Part shown: positions 1 to 11,375 of the stretch, in pieces
Position numbering within the stretch: the first letter of the stretch is position 1
How the letters are laid out: every line of letters begins with the position of its first letter
Assembly: GCF_006345805.1 (NCBI RefSeq)
Contig: NC_043007.1
Span: forward strand, 34,100,001-34,164,000
Length of the DNA: 64,000 nt
From: Octopus sinensis
Taxonomy: Eukaryota
Direction: 5' to 3'
Translations under genes and position numbers: made by a program
Notes under the pieces: generated by a model
Database searches by the model: none
What the model saw: the letters and a program-made list of their open reading frames with translations, nothing else
What the model was told of the DNA's origin: nothing

Positions 1-363
1 CTGTATTTAATTTTCTTATTAATTGCTAGGAAAGGGGCACTAGAAACACTTAAGACGTCTATAAGTGAATAAAATGAAATAACAATATAACAAAACTCAA
101 CTCTTCATATTGGTAAATGTAATTCGTTAATTCCCACCAGAGCATCTATTTTCAAATTCCCTCAAGTGAAGATTCATGAACGTTTTCCCTTGACAGATTT
201 ATCTCTTTTCCAATTTTCATTACCGCCATTTTTAAATGTATCATGGATTATTTTACTGATTACAGAATAAACTATAACAGAATCTTTGTTCAATTCATGA
301 GTATATTGTCACAGTTCACTCTATAACTTATGTATCGTCTCTCTCTCTCTCCTTTGTATATAT

Positions 364-429
<66 letters not shown>

Positions 430-900
430 ACATATATATATATACATATATATATATACTATATATATATACACATATATATACATATATATATACATAT
501 ATATATACATATATATATAACATATATATATTATATAATTTCAACAATTGAGGGCAAATTAATTAATATTAATCAATTCACCAAGTGTTCAGTATGCAAA
601 GGGACCATTCAAGGCGAATTCAAATTATTACATATATATTTCCAAATCCAAACCAAGGAATTCTGAGCCGATGATAGAAATGTTGTTTTGACTAATCTTA
701 AACGTACGTTCTCGAATAACCTTAGCATTGATTTTTCGATGTCCTTCCCCAAACTTTTGTGAGTTGAATTAAGCAAACACTATATATGAGAGAGATTTTC
801 TTTAAGTATTAGAAATAGCTTTAAAAAAGTTTTTTAGCTGCTATTTCTAATGAGTTCAGTATGCGGCGAAGTAATTTATTTTACTAAGCCCTTTATATAA
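1..900. mobile_element. Composite repeat remnant, possibly Penelope-like, with an inverted terminal segment
   Basis: 541-632 matches the reverse complement of ~31811-31900. 640-900 matches 32100-32370 in direct orientation. 286-340 recurs at ~1562-1620. No diagnostic ORF seen. Confidence 0.45.
355..540. repeat. (TA)n / (TACA) microsatellite
   Basis: Direct reading; source of the YI-repeat ORFs 290..547 and 330..551. Confidence 0.95.
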
Positions 901-1020
901 TATTATAATATATATATATAATATATATATATACATATATCTACATATATATTATATAATATATATATATATATTAGATATATATAATATAATATATATA
1001 TACATATACATATATATATA

Positions 1021-1053
<33 letters not shown>

Positions 1054-1111
1054 ATATCAGTATGGGCAACACATATGCCAGTAGAAACCGCCGGATTGCG
1101 GCTTTCTGCTT

Positions 1112-1192
1112 GTAATACTACTACTACTACTACTATACTACTACTACACTACTACTACTACTACTCATAATAATAATAATAATAATAATAAT
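1112..1192. repeat. (TAC)n-(TAA)n microsatellite
   Basis: Direct reading. Confidence 0.95.
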
Positions 1193-1505
1193 TGCTTATC
1201 TTAACCTCGTATGGAAAGTGTTAACAGGCATTCTCGCAGGGGAAAAAATACGTTCCTTGCGCAAAAAATTTATTTCCAGTAGAAGAAAACGGATGCCGAA
1301 AAGGATCCAAGAACACCAAGCACCACCTTCTGATAGATAAGGTTGTACTGAAGAACAGCAAACGGTACAAAAAATTTGTGCATGGCCTGCATAGACTTTA
1401 AAAGTGCTTACAACATGTTACCGCATTCTTGGATTTTGGAAACACTCGATATGTGTGGAATAACTGAGAACGGATGTGCACTAATTAAGAATAGCACGCC
1501 TGGTA
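1192..1505 (+). mobile_element. R4/Dong-like non-LTR retrotransposon RT fragment (frameshifted)
   Basis: Translates across frameshifts as WKVLTGIL...LFPVEENGCRKGSKNTKHHLLIDKVVLKNSK...CMACIDFKSAYNMLPHSWILETL, matching the R4/Dong RT pattern EQKGCRRGSRGCKDQLLIDK...AWIDYKKAYDMVPHSWI. Starts directly after (TAA)n. Confidence 0.8.
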
Positions 1506-1554
1506 GGAAAACAGGTTCTTCTTTAACAACCAGTAATTATCCAGGGGTAACAAT

Positions 1555-2400
1555 CAAAAATTTGTTCAGTTCATGAGTATATTGTGTCAGTTCACTCTAT
1601 AATTTATGTATCATCTCTTTCGCTCAAATAACGTAAAAAAAAGCAAAGCAGCCAATGCAGAAATACATGCAGCCACATACGAAATCAATTCAACAAAGAT
1701 TATTAAGAGAAAATAATAAAAATTTCCAGAAAAGGATCTTAAATCCTTCACACTAATCTGTCATCTTAATATAAAGTAAAACTCTTCTTCACCTTTGCTA
1801 TTTGTTATATTCTTGAGTAAAATAAAGTAAGTCTCTTGCTATACTGAGTTTTGCTTCGATTGGGACTAACCCCCAGTTAAACCGCAACGTAAACATTGTA
1901 TATTACACAGAACGGCCAGACAGTCTTTTCCTGAGTAACTTGCTGATTTCAAAGAGTTTTGATTTTTAAGATTATGAATCTTCTTATTCGGAGTTAATCC
2001 GGGTGTTTCCCTTTCTCTTGGGGTGAAGGTAAATTCAATAAATCCTGAATATCCGCTTATTTGGTTTTGCTACTTAAATACATCACACTGACCACTCTAA
2101 GTTATTTCTCTTCAAATATTTTTTTTTGTTTTAATTATACTTTGATCTCATATTGTTATACGTGGGGACGGTCATTTTTATTCTGCCAGTTAAACACACG
2201 CACTGTTTATTTGATCTTCACTTTAGTTTGTATTCGTGTTATTTTTGGTTTATATGTTTGTCAAAGTTCTTTCGTCAAACATTTTCTGACCTCACCAGTG
2301 ACACTCTGTCGCTTGTATATCCTATTTCCTGTATATTTCATCTTGTCCCTCTGCAGTATGTATCCCTATCTGTCATACAGTTATACTATACTTGTGCGTG
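1555..2400 (-). mobile_element. Probable Penelope-like remnant carrying a degenerate hammerhead
   Basis: Shares a segment with 286-340 and contains a minus-strand hammerhead-like motif at 2259-2303. No clear RT or GIY-YIG ORF. Confidence 0.4.
2259..2303 (-). ncRNA. Degenerate minimal type-I hammerhead ribozyme motif
   Basis: Minus strand reads tgtca-ctggtga-g-gtcaga aaatg tttgac-gaaa-gaac-tt-tgaca. Stem I is 5 bp and stem II 6 bp. Core changes: A6>G and H17=U. Confidence 0.5.
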
Positions 2401-3057
2401 TGTATGTGTGAATGTAATTTATATATAAGTATATTATATATATATATATACATATATACATATACATATATATACATATATATACATATACATATATACA
2501 TATACATATATATACATATACATACATATATATATATATATATATTTATATATGTATATATATATATACACACATATATATTGTATATGTTTATATAAAC
2601 TGATACAATATGAAATATGATTTGCTGATATTTGGGAAAAATATATACATTCTGTAAGCTGCCACAGAAGCACATACATATGCACATACATACAGTCGTA
2701 CATCAAAATTTCTTCTGTACGCATACGCATACAAGCACACACACACATGCACACGCATACACATTTATAAATGATATTCTAATCATGTTTACCTTTTGGG
2801 AATGTCATAGAGAAACAAATATTTCCATTAGTTACAATAATATAAAACACATATCATATTGCAAGTTAGGTCAGCAAGACCTTAGAAGTATTGATGGCAA
2901 TACGTAAAGCTGTTATGAAATATCTTAAAATAACATATCGTATATTTGAAATATATACGATAGGGGACGTAGGGAATATTGGACAAACCACATAGATCTA
3001 TCCCTATGTATATATATATATATATTATATATATATAATTGTCACATATTATTTTAC

Positions 3058-3124
<67 letters not shown>

Positions 3125-3225
3125 AAATGACAATTATTCAATAGCCAAGATAAAACTCTGAGTTTCGGATGCCGAGGTGGAAATCCACAACACCATCTCT
3201 TCGGTTATCTGGCCATATACTTATG

Positions 3226-3276
<51 letters not shown>

Positions 3277-3392
3277 GTTTATGTATATATATATGTATAT
3301 GCATATATATACATATGTGTATGTCTATGGTTCTATATGTGTGTGTGTGTGTGCGTAATACATTTTACGTATATTAATACACACATATCCAT

Positions 3393-3552
3393 AGGCGCAG
3401 GCGTAGGTGTAAGAAGTTCGCTTTTCAACCACTTAGTTCCAGGTTCAATCCCAATGTGTGACAACGTGGGCAGACTCCTTCAACTTTAGTCTCGGACTGA
3501 CCAGAGCCTTTTGAGTGATTATGGTAGACGGAAACTGAAAGAATCCTGTCGT
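3393..3552 (+). mobile_element. SINE family B, 5' half
   Basis: tRNA-like head plus gagtgattatggtagacggaaactgaaagaatcctgtcg, diverged from other B copies. Confidence 0.75.
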
Positions 3553-3559
3553 ATATGTT

Positions 3560-5000
3560 GTTAAATGCTCAAAATACAAGACTAGAGAAATAGCCAACAA
3601 CTGATGAAATCTTTCCATGATGACATGCAAGGCATCATGCAGCACAATGGTTCAGCCGCCTTCCAAATAAAGAACGGAGTAAAACAAGGCTGTGTTCTTG
3701 CTCCTACATTATTTGGCTGTCACATGCTTTTGAGACATTAGATGATGGAATGTTTCTGCGCAATAGAAATGTCGGGAAACTGTTCAATCTCTCGCGTCTG
3801 CGTGCTAAGACCAAAATCAGAAGCGTCCTGATCAAGGAGATGCTCTTTGCTGATGATGCCAAGGCTCATCCACTGCTTTGAGCAAGACTGTAGCGACTTT
3901 GACTTAGTTATCAGCCTCAAGAAGACCAATATCATGGGACAGGCTACATCGGACATCCCAAACATACATATTGGAGACCACAGACTACAGGAGGTGGAGA
4001 AGTTTACCTATCTTGGCTCTACCCATTACTTTACTACCCACAAGGGGCTAAACACAGAGGAGACAAACAAGGACAGACAGACGGATTAAGTCGATTCTAT
4101 CGACCCCAGTACGTAACTGGTACTTAATTTATCGACCCCGAAAGGATGAAAGGCAAAGTGAAACTCGGCGGAATTTGAACTCAAAACGTAACGGCAGACG
4201 AAATACAGCTACGCATTTCGCCAGGCATGCTAACGTTTCTACCAGCTCGCCGCCCTCTTGGCTCTACCGTTACCTGCAACCTATCCCTTGGTGCTGAGCT
4301 TAATATACGCATTGGCAAGGCAGCTGCTGTTATGGCCCAAATCTCCAAAGAGGCAGGGGGCAACAAAAAGCTGAACAAGACCACAAAAATGAAGATTTAC
4401 CAGGCATGTGTACTTCGCACACTACTGTATGGCAGTGAGACCTGGACGAAATACCCCGCCAAGAGCGTCGCCTAAGTATCTTTCACCTGCGCTGCCTCCG
4501 GAAAATCCTTGACATCAAATGGCAGGATCGTGTCCCCCAAAAAGATGCCTTCAAGTAAGCAGGAATACCAAGCATGTTTTCACTCCTCACACAAAGACGT
4601 ATGAGATGGCTTGGACATGTTAGTCGAATGGAAGGTGGCAGAATCCCCAAGAACACAGTCTAAGGAGAGCTTACTAGTGCACTAGGTCTGTTGGAAGACC
4701 GTTCTTACGATACAAGGATGTTTGAAAAAGGGACATGAAGGCCTGTGACATCAACATTAGCAACTGGGAATCGGTTGATAGCAACCGTGGAGACTGACGA
4801 CACATCATAGAAGAGGGAACACAAAGGAGTGACATAGGGAGAGAGGAGAAATGGAAAGAGAAGAAAATACCTCAACAAGAAACTATGACCTTACAACCGA
4901 CAGGCAAATTCTTCGCTACATTTGCGGCACCTGCAAGAGGGAGATGCCGCAAATGTCCAGGATAGGACATAGGACAATCACAGCAGGAAATGTATTAGAA
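3560..5000 (+). mobile_element. RTE-clade LINE, decayed RT and C-terminal region, interrupted by a SINE
   Basis: LMKSFHDDMQG...IKNGVKQGCVLAPTLFG; RLRAKTK...EMLFADDA; EVEKFTYLGS; ELNIRIGKAAA; KMKIYQACVLRTLLYGSETWT. Multiple stops and frameshifts. Confidence 0.92.
4024..4255 (-). mobile_element. SINE family A, full length, with 13 bp TSD
   Basis: Head ggcggcgagctggtagaaacgttagc on the minus strand. TSD tcttggctctacc at 4011-4023 and 4256-4268. Confidence 0.93.
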
Positions 5001-5599
5001 CATGAAATGTAAAAACCGCGTGTTTCCAGGTTCAGGTTCCGGGTTCTTACCACATAGCCGCTCCTATGATATACTGCACACATACACACGCGCGCGTCTG
5101 TGTATAAGTACAACCATAAATACTTGCATTTGCGAGTATGCGTGTGTGTTTGTCTATGTGTTTATATGTCTTTCCTCTTTACGTTGCTTTCGCTCAGTTT
5201 TCTACTTATCGTCTGTGTTTGCAATGATGAGCACGCTTCACTCTCTCTCCCTCTCTCCCTCTCTCCCTTTCTCCTCTTTCTCTCTCTTAGAGAGAATATG
5301 TCCGTACATTCATGTGCACGTTTATAAGAATGTATCTTGTGTGTGTGTGTGTGTGTGTATATATGTGTGTATGTGTGAGAGAGCACGAGATTCACATACA
5401 TTAACAAACAGTTCATTTCATTTTATTAATGTGTTACCGAAGTATATTTAAAGATATAACTACATCAAAACATGATTAGAAATATATAGCATTTTGTAGA
5501 AGCATAAATAAAACAGAAACGTTAGTGTTCTGCGACGTATGTTGGTCACATGATATCTCGTCTGCGCTTTGTATTGATGAGCTGATACAGTGTTTCGTG

Positions 5600-5619
5600 T
5601 GCTATATATATATATATTA

Positions 5620-5683
<64 letters not shown>

Positions 5684-5832
5684 CTCATATATATATACAT
5701 ATATTATATATACATTATATATATATATATATATATAATATATATATATACATACATGTATACATACATATATACATACTATATATATATATTATATATA
5801 TATAATATATAATACATACATATACATATATA
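5600..5832. repeat. Degenerate (TA)n microsatellite
   Basis: Direct reading. Confidence 0.9.
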
Positions 5833-6272
5833 TCATCCTCCATAATGTCTATAGTTTTTGTTCTGACTCTTCCCATCTCATGTATCTTTATCTCTATCTG
5901 CCTCTCTCCATTACTCCCTCATTCAATCTCTCCTCTCTCTCTCTCTCTCTGTCTTTCTCTTTATCAATGTTATCCCTGGTGCTCTTCACTTTTCTATCGA
6001 AATATCTGTAACTATCATTCTGCAGCTTCCTTTTATCCCGGTATATACATACATACATACATACATACATACATACATACATACATACATACATACATGC
6101 ACATACACACACTCACGCACTCAAACCTATACATAGACAGTGGGGAAAATCAAAAAATAAAAATAACGGGAAAAATACAAGAAAAGTCAACTAGTCGTAC
6201 ACTGAATGTATTAGATTCAGTTTTAGATGAAAAAATAGGAGTGTAAATATATATATATAGTATATATAGGGG

Positions 6273-6963
6273 TATTGCGGCGTAACGTACCCCTTTCTCC
6301 TATGTATGCACATTCCACCTTGTACGACTTCGATACACACACTTTCTCTATAGTGTGTGTCTTTCTCTTTCCTTACCTCTGATTCTTCCCCTACTCTCAC
6401 ATTTCTCAGTCTTTCTTACTTTGCACCATTGTTGTCCCTTTTTTTCTCTCTCTCTTTGATTCCTTGCCCCCTACCTTTTTTTCTCTCTCTTCTTCCCCCT
6501 CTCACGTGACTGCTGTTCAACTGGTCTTTTCGCCTTTGACCGCTACCATGTTAACACTGTTGTCTTCGTCTGCCGCAAAGGCATTTTTTCAAAATACGCC
6601 AGCCAAGATAAGTTAAACTGTCTGAAGTCGTAAGACTCCCGCTGTCCTGTTATTACTATTCTTGTTTTTTATTTTTATTTTTTGTTTCGTGTGGCATCGT
6701 CCGGTTTTCTGTCCTTGTTTCGTATACATTCGATCCTTTTTCCAAGAAATCTAATGCTCGTAGCTTAGTTTTTCCTTGGGGCTGGCCGGATCGGAGCGAT
6801 ATCAGGATTAATCAGCCGAATTTGCTGATTAGAGGCTTCGAATGACCTGTCTGTTTTTTTGTGTCGTCTCTTTGTGTGGTTTGCGTTCTTGTCCCCTTTT
6901 GTAAATTTTAAATATAATTTTTATACATATATTATTGCGGCGTAACGTACCCCTTTCTCCTAT
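6273..6963. mobile_element. Unclassified element with 31 bp identical direct terminal repeats (660 bp period)
   Basis: tattgcggcgtaacgtacccctttctcctat at 6273-6303 and 6933-6963, with a pyrimidine-rich interior. Confidence 0.6.
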
Positions 6964-6966
6964 ATA

Positions 6967-6997
<31 letters not shown>

Positions 6998-7004
6998 CAT
7001 ATAT

Positions 7005-7127
7005 ATGTGTGTGTGTGTCAGTGTGTTTGTGTGTATGCATGCATATATGGACACAGTCACACACGCATATATATGTGTGTGTGCGTGTGTGTGCGTGTGT
7101 GCGTGTGTGTGTGTGCGTGTGTGTGTG

Positions 7128-7163
<36 letters not shown>

Positions 7164-7190
7164 TGCGCATACGTGTGCGTGTGTGTTTAT
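7005..7190. repeat. (GT)n compound microsatellite
   Basis: Direct reading. Confidence 0.9.
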
Positions 7191-7874
7191 CTGCTTGATA
7201 AAAAATGGATTTGATTATTCGTATTGTTTCCAACTTGACAAAACAAAGCCCTCTATTATGTTGGTTATATGTTGTATAAACAAGTATTTTGGGTTAGCTT
7301 AAATTATTCCCCATCTGGCGAATTTCTAAGGGAGATAACTGGGAAAGTTTTGTGTCTTTTAACCGTCATTAGCTGTAATATAGCCTATACGATTTCATAC
7401 TAGGCATACAGTAACTGAAAAACTTATATATTGTTCAAGGGTTAAACTAAACTAATTTACTAAACTAATTTAATAACTTACACACTAAATCCCTCTTATA
7501 TCTCATGCGAATATTGAACACATAAGAAAGCAATCATTTGTACAGTTACCGTACTTTTTATAGTTAGACAATTAATCTTATTTCACAGCGTTTTCGGTGG
7601 ATCTAATTTTTTTTATAGATACATAGTAATATAAGCTAGCTATTGCCGCACTAGTAACCAAGTCGGAAGTCTACATTTCTGCTGATGTCTGTGGGGTTTC
7701 CTACAAATATTCGCAGAATTTTCTGTTGCTTTATCGGTCACAGCATAATGTTAGCTAAAAGCTATATAGTTTTTCTTAATCGACGCATTTAATTTTATTC
7801 TATTTGTTTCTAAATGCTGAAATCATTGGAAATAATGAGACTCACCTTTACCTAACTACTTTATTTAGCTGTCT

Positions 7875-8122
7875 ACCTTTCTACCTACATACCTACCTAC
7901 CTGCCTACCTACCTACCTACCTTACCTACCTACCTACCTTACCTACCTACCTACCTACTTACCTACCTACTTACCTACCTACCTACCTACCTACCTACCC
8001 ACCAACCTACCTACATACTTACCTACCTACCTACATACTTAACTACCTACCTACCTACCTACCTACCTACCTACCTACCTACCTACCTACATACATACAT
8101 ACATACATACACACATACATAC
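7875..8122. repeat. (CTAC)n then (CATA)n microsatellite
   Basis: Direct reading; source of the LPTY-repeat ORF. Confidence 0.95.
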
Positions 8123-8397
8123 GGCGCTGTCAACATCAAACGTGCAGGCATAGACGGACGCTTTGAGAGTTTTCTTCAATATTTATGCCGACTACTTCAG
8201 CTTAAATAAGAAACTGGTTTAATTTCTCCAGTTATAAATAAGACAGACACAGTTTACTTAGGAACGTTGCGTTATTCAGACGAAAATAATAATTAAAAAA
8301 GCTTATACCACGTAGGGTTTCGCTAACACGATAATAACTGAAACTAATACTACCGACAGAAACCGCACTACAGCATACATACATATATACACACATA

Positions 8398-8590
8398 CGT
8401 AACTATGGGCAGTTGCTTCGAAACCACCAGTTTTTATATCCAGATTACAAATTTACATTTATAGCAATAATAATTGGAGCTCTTGGTTTTCTAAGTAAAT
8501 GCTTAACTGTCAATCTGGATAAGAATGGATTTTCAGAACAAGAAATCAACTAACTGATTCGCACATAATAAATACGGTCAGTGAGCGGAA
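8398..8590 (+). mobile_element. 3' fragment of an RLE-type (R4/Dong-like) non-LTR element
   Basis: NYGQLLRNHQFLYPDYKFTFIAIIIGALGFLSKCLTVNLDKNGFSEQEI; homologous to 30950-31315 on the minus strand. Confidence 0.7.
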
Positions 8591-8752
8591 GGCTTTTCTC
8601 AGGTTTAACATGTGACATCGTTTTTGTTATATACATTCCAACGATGAAGCATTGCATCTTTGTTAGAAACCAGCTCCTTCTTCAGAGGAAGAATTTAAAT
8701 GATTGAAAATAAAGAAGAGACATACACATATTATTTATATTATTATTTGATC

Positions 8753-9595
8753 GAACGCCACGCATCCTTTTCCAAGTAAGTTTTATCTTAATAATTACGA
8801 TGCGCACTCTTTCTACCTTTACTATCGTTTCACTGTCTATCTCCCTCCCTTTGTTGTTCTTCATCTTTTCTGGTTTTCTCTCCCACCCTTCCCTATTCTT
8901 CTCCTCTCCCCTTCATCGTTCCCTCTCTCTCAGTCCTCTTCCTCGACTCTCTCGTCGCTGACACGTGACAAAAGATAATATGTCTTTCTGCCCACAACTT
9001 TCGTAAAAAAAAACGTGCTTATACTGTCTCCTTCATAAGAACGTCTTCCTCGCGTTCATAATAATTTTTCTATCATCTTGGCTTAACGGCCCTCACCGTT
9101 TGCTTTTACAGGTTTGTTGTCACTGTCCTCTTCTCACTGTCCTGTTCTTTTCACTGCTTTGTTCTCTCTGTCCTGTTCTTCTTACCGCTTTCACCCTCCG
9201 CAAAAAATTCCAAATTTTATTTAATTTACTTTGCGGGTAGGATTGTTTTAACGAAGTCGCGTCCTGTCCTTGTCTTCGAACGTGGAGTATCTGAAACAGG
9301 GACAACTGAACTGAAGAAGGGGAATATTCTTTATGTTGTATGTCTCGTTTCTCAGTTTGTTTTTTTCGTTGTTCGAAAAAATGTTCGTTTCTATGTTTTT
9401 GTTTTTATGATTTCGTTTCTCATTGTGTTCAACGTATTTTTTTGATGTCCTGTACTTATATATACATGTATATACATATATATTTGTAGGTATGTACATA
9501 TATGTATATATGTATATATATGCATATATTTATATATTATCGATACTATTATATGATTGAACGCCACGCATCATTTTCCAAGTAAGTTTTATCTA
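8753..9595. mobile_element. Unclassified element with ~36 bp direct terminal repeats (806 bp period)
   Basis: gaacgccacgcatc(c/a)ttttccaagtaagttttatct at 8753 and 9559. Interior ~9270-9500 is homologous to ~33195-33400. Confidence 0.6.
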
Positions 9596-10231
9596 CATTC
9601 ATACATACATGATGGCCATCCACTCGTAACCGAGGGAGACCATTGCTGTCGTTGAGGAACATTGCGTTCTCCAGGACTGACTTATATTTTCATTTGCGAC
9701 TCCATTGGTAGCTAATGAGTCCTGCTCTTAACAAGCGTACATGACTGCAAGCATTGCAAACCAAGCTTTCCCATTCACTACCCCAGCAGTGCACTTTCGA
9801 GCAGCACGCTTAAGTTCTTCATGCAGAATATGTGCTCTCTCAAAAGTGTTAACACCTCCTTAACCTACTTAACCATACATACATATATACATACATACAT
9901 ACATACATACATACATACATACATACATAATTAGAATGTGCTACATGTGAACTGGAATCTACGCCGCTCTTCTGAGTGAAGCATTTGGCTGTTTAATAGT
10001 GATTATAACTTCTCCAGGTGAGAATGCGATCGATAATGCCGTGGAAACGTGCATTTGTACGCGCAAGTACATCAGTCGAAATCCGTCTTTTGCTGGTGTC
10101 TCAAATTTAGGTTAAATCAGCGTTTCTCAAAGGGGAGGCCTATGGGACGGTCGGACAAGTTATTTTGAGGAAATTTGGTTTAAATGTTTGACAACTCAGC
10201 ACCGTCCATTGGAGAGGGGGAGGACGTTTTA

Positions 10232-10270
<39 letters not shown>

Positions 10271-10582
10271 GTATATATATATATATTATATATGTATATA
10301 TATATATAATAAAGCAGTTATTTTATGACAGAATTTGAAGAAAGTCATTGCAAACTGAAAAATATCACCTGTTCTTCATAACGAAAATTTATAGTAAAAT
10401 ATGAAAATATTAATTCGGCTTCAGGAAAAAGAAAAAAAACCCTCAAAAACATTCAATGACAATTTGATGATAAGTATTTAATTTGATTTATAGAAATTCC
10501 AACGACGAAAATATAAACAAAAGAAAAAAGACAAATATTACAATACAGAGAGTATCTATGTGGATGTACTTCAGTTTACATA

Positions 10583-10653
<71 letters not shown>

Positions 10654-10849
10654 TTACGCGCGATGGCAAATGTACATCTTTATATGTTTAATCGGTATAC
10701 TAATGCTAATACGCTTTACTAATAGACACCGTTAATACAATGTTTGGTAATTAAATTGTCGTATTTTTTCGATTTCAATTAGATTAATGTTGCATACATC
10801 CAGTTACTTCTCACGTAAATAACATTCAGGGAACAAAATGGAAGTACGT

Positions 10850-11062
<213 letters not shown>

Positions 11063-11337
11063 TTGTTTGTGCATGTATTTGACCGCAACTGCACTGGACT
11101 CCGCTGTTGGTTTGTTTTCGTTACTGCAGTTTAGCGATTCGGCATTTGAGATCGATCGAATACTTATCAAGCTTAAAAATAAGTATTAGGCTCGATTTAT
11201 TTAACTAAAACCTTCGAAAGTTTATTATTATTTGTTTGTTTGTAAGACGGTGAATTAGCAGAAACGTTCGCACGTTGAGCGATATACTTAGCGGTATTTC
11301 GTCTGCCGAGGTCGACTTTGCCTTTCATGTGTATATA

Positions 11338-11370
<33 letters not shown>

Positions 11371-11375
<5 letters not shown>

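Noticed and set aside
5040-5075. Strong minus-strand donor TG|gtaaga
   Set aside because: It is part of a decayed family B-like SINE head, which carries this cryptic motif.
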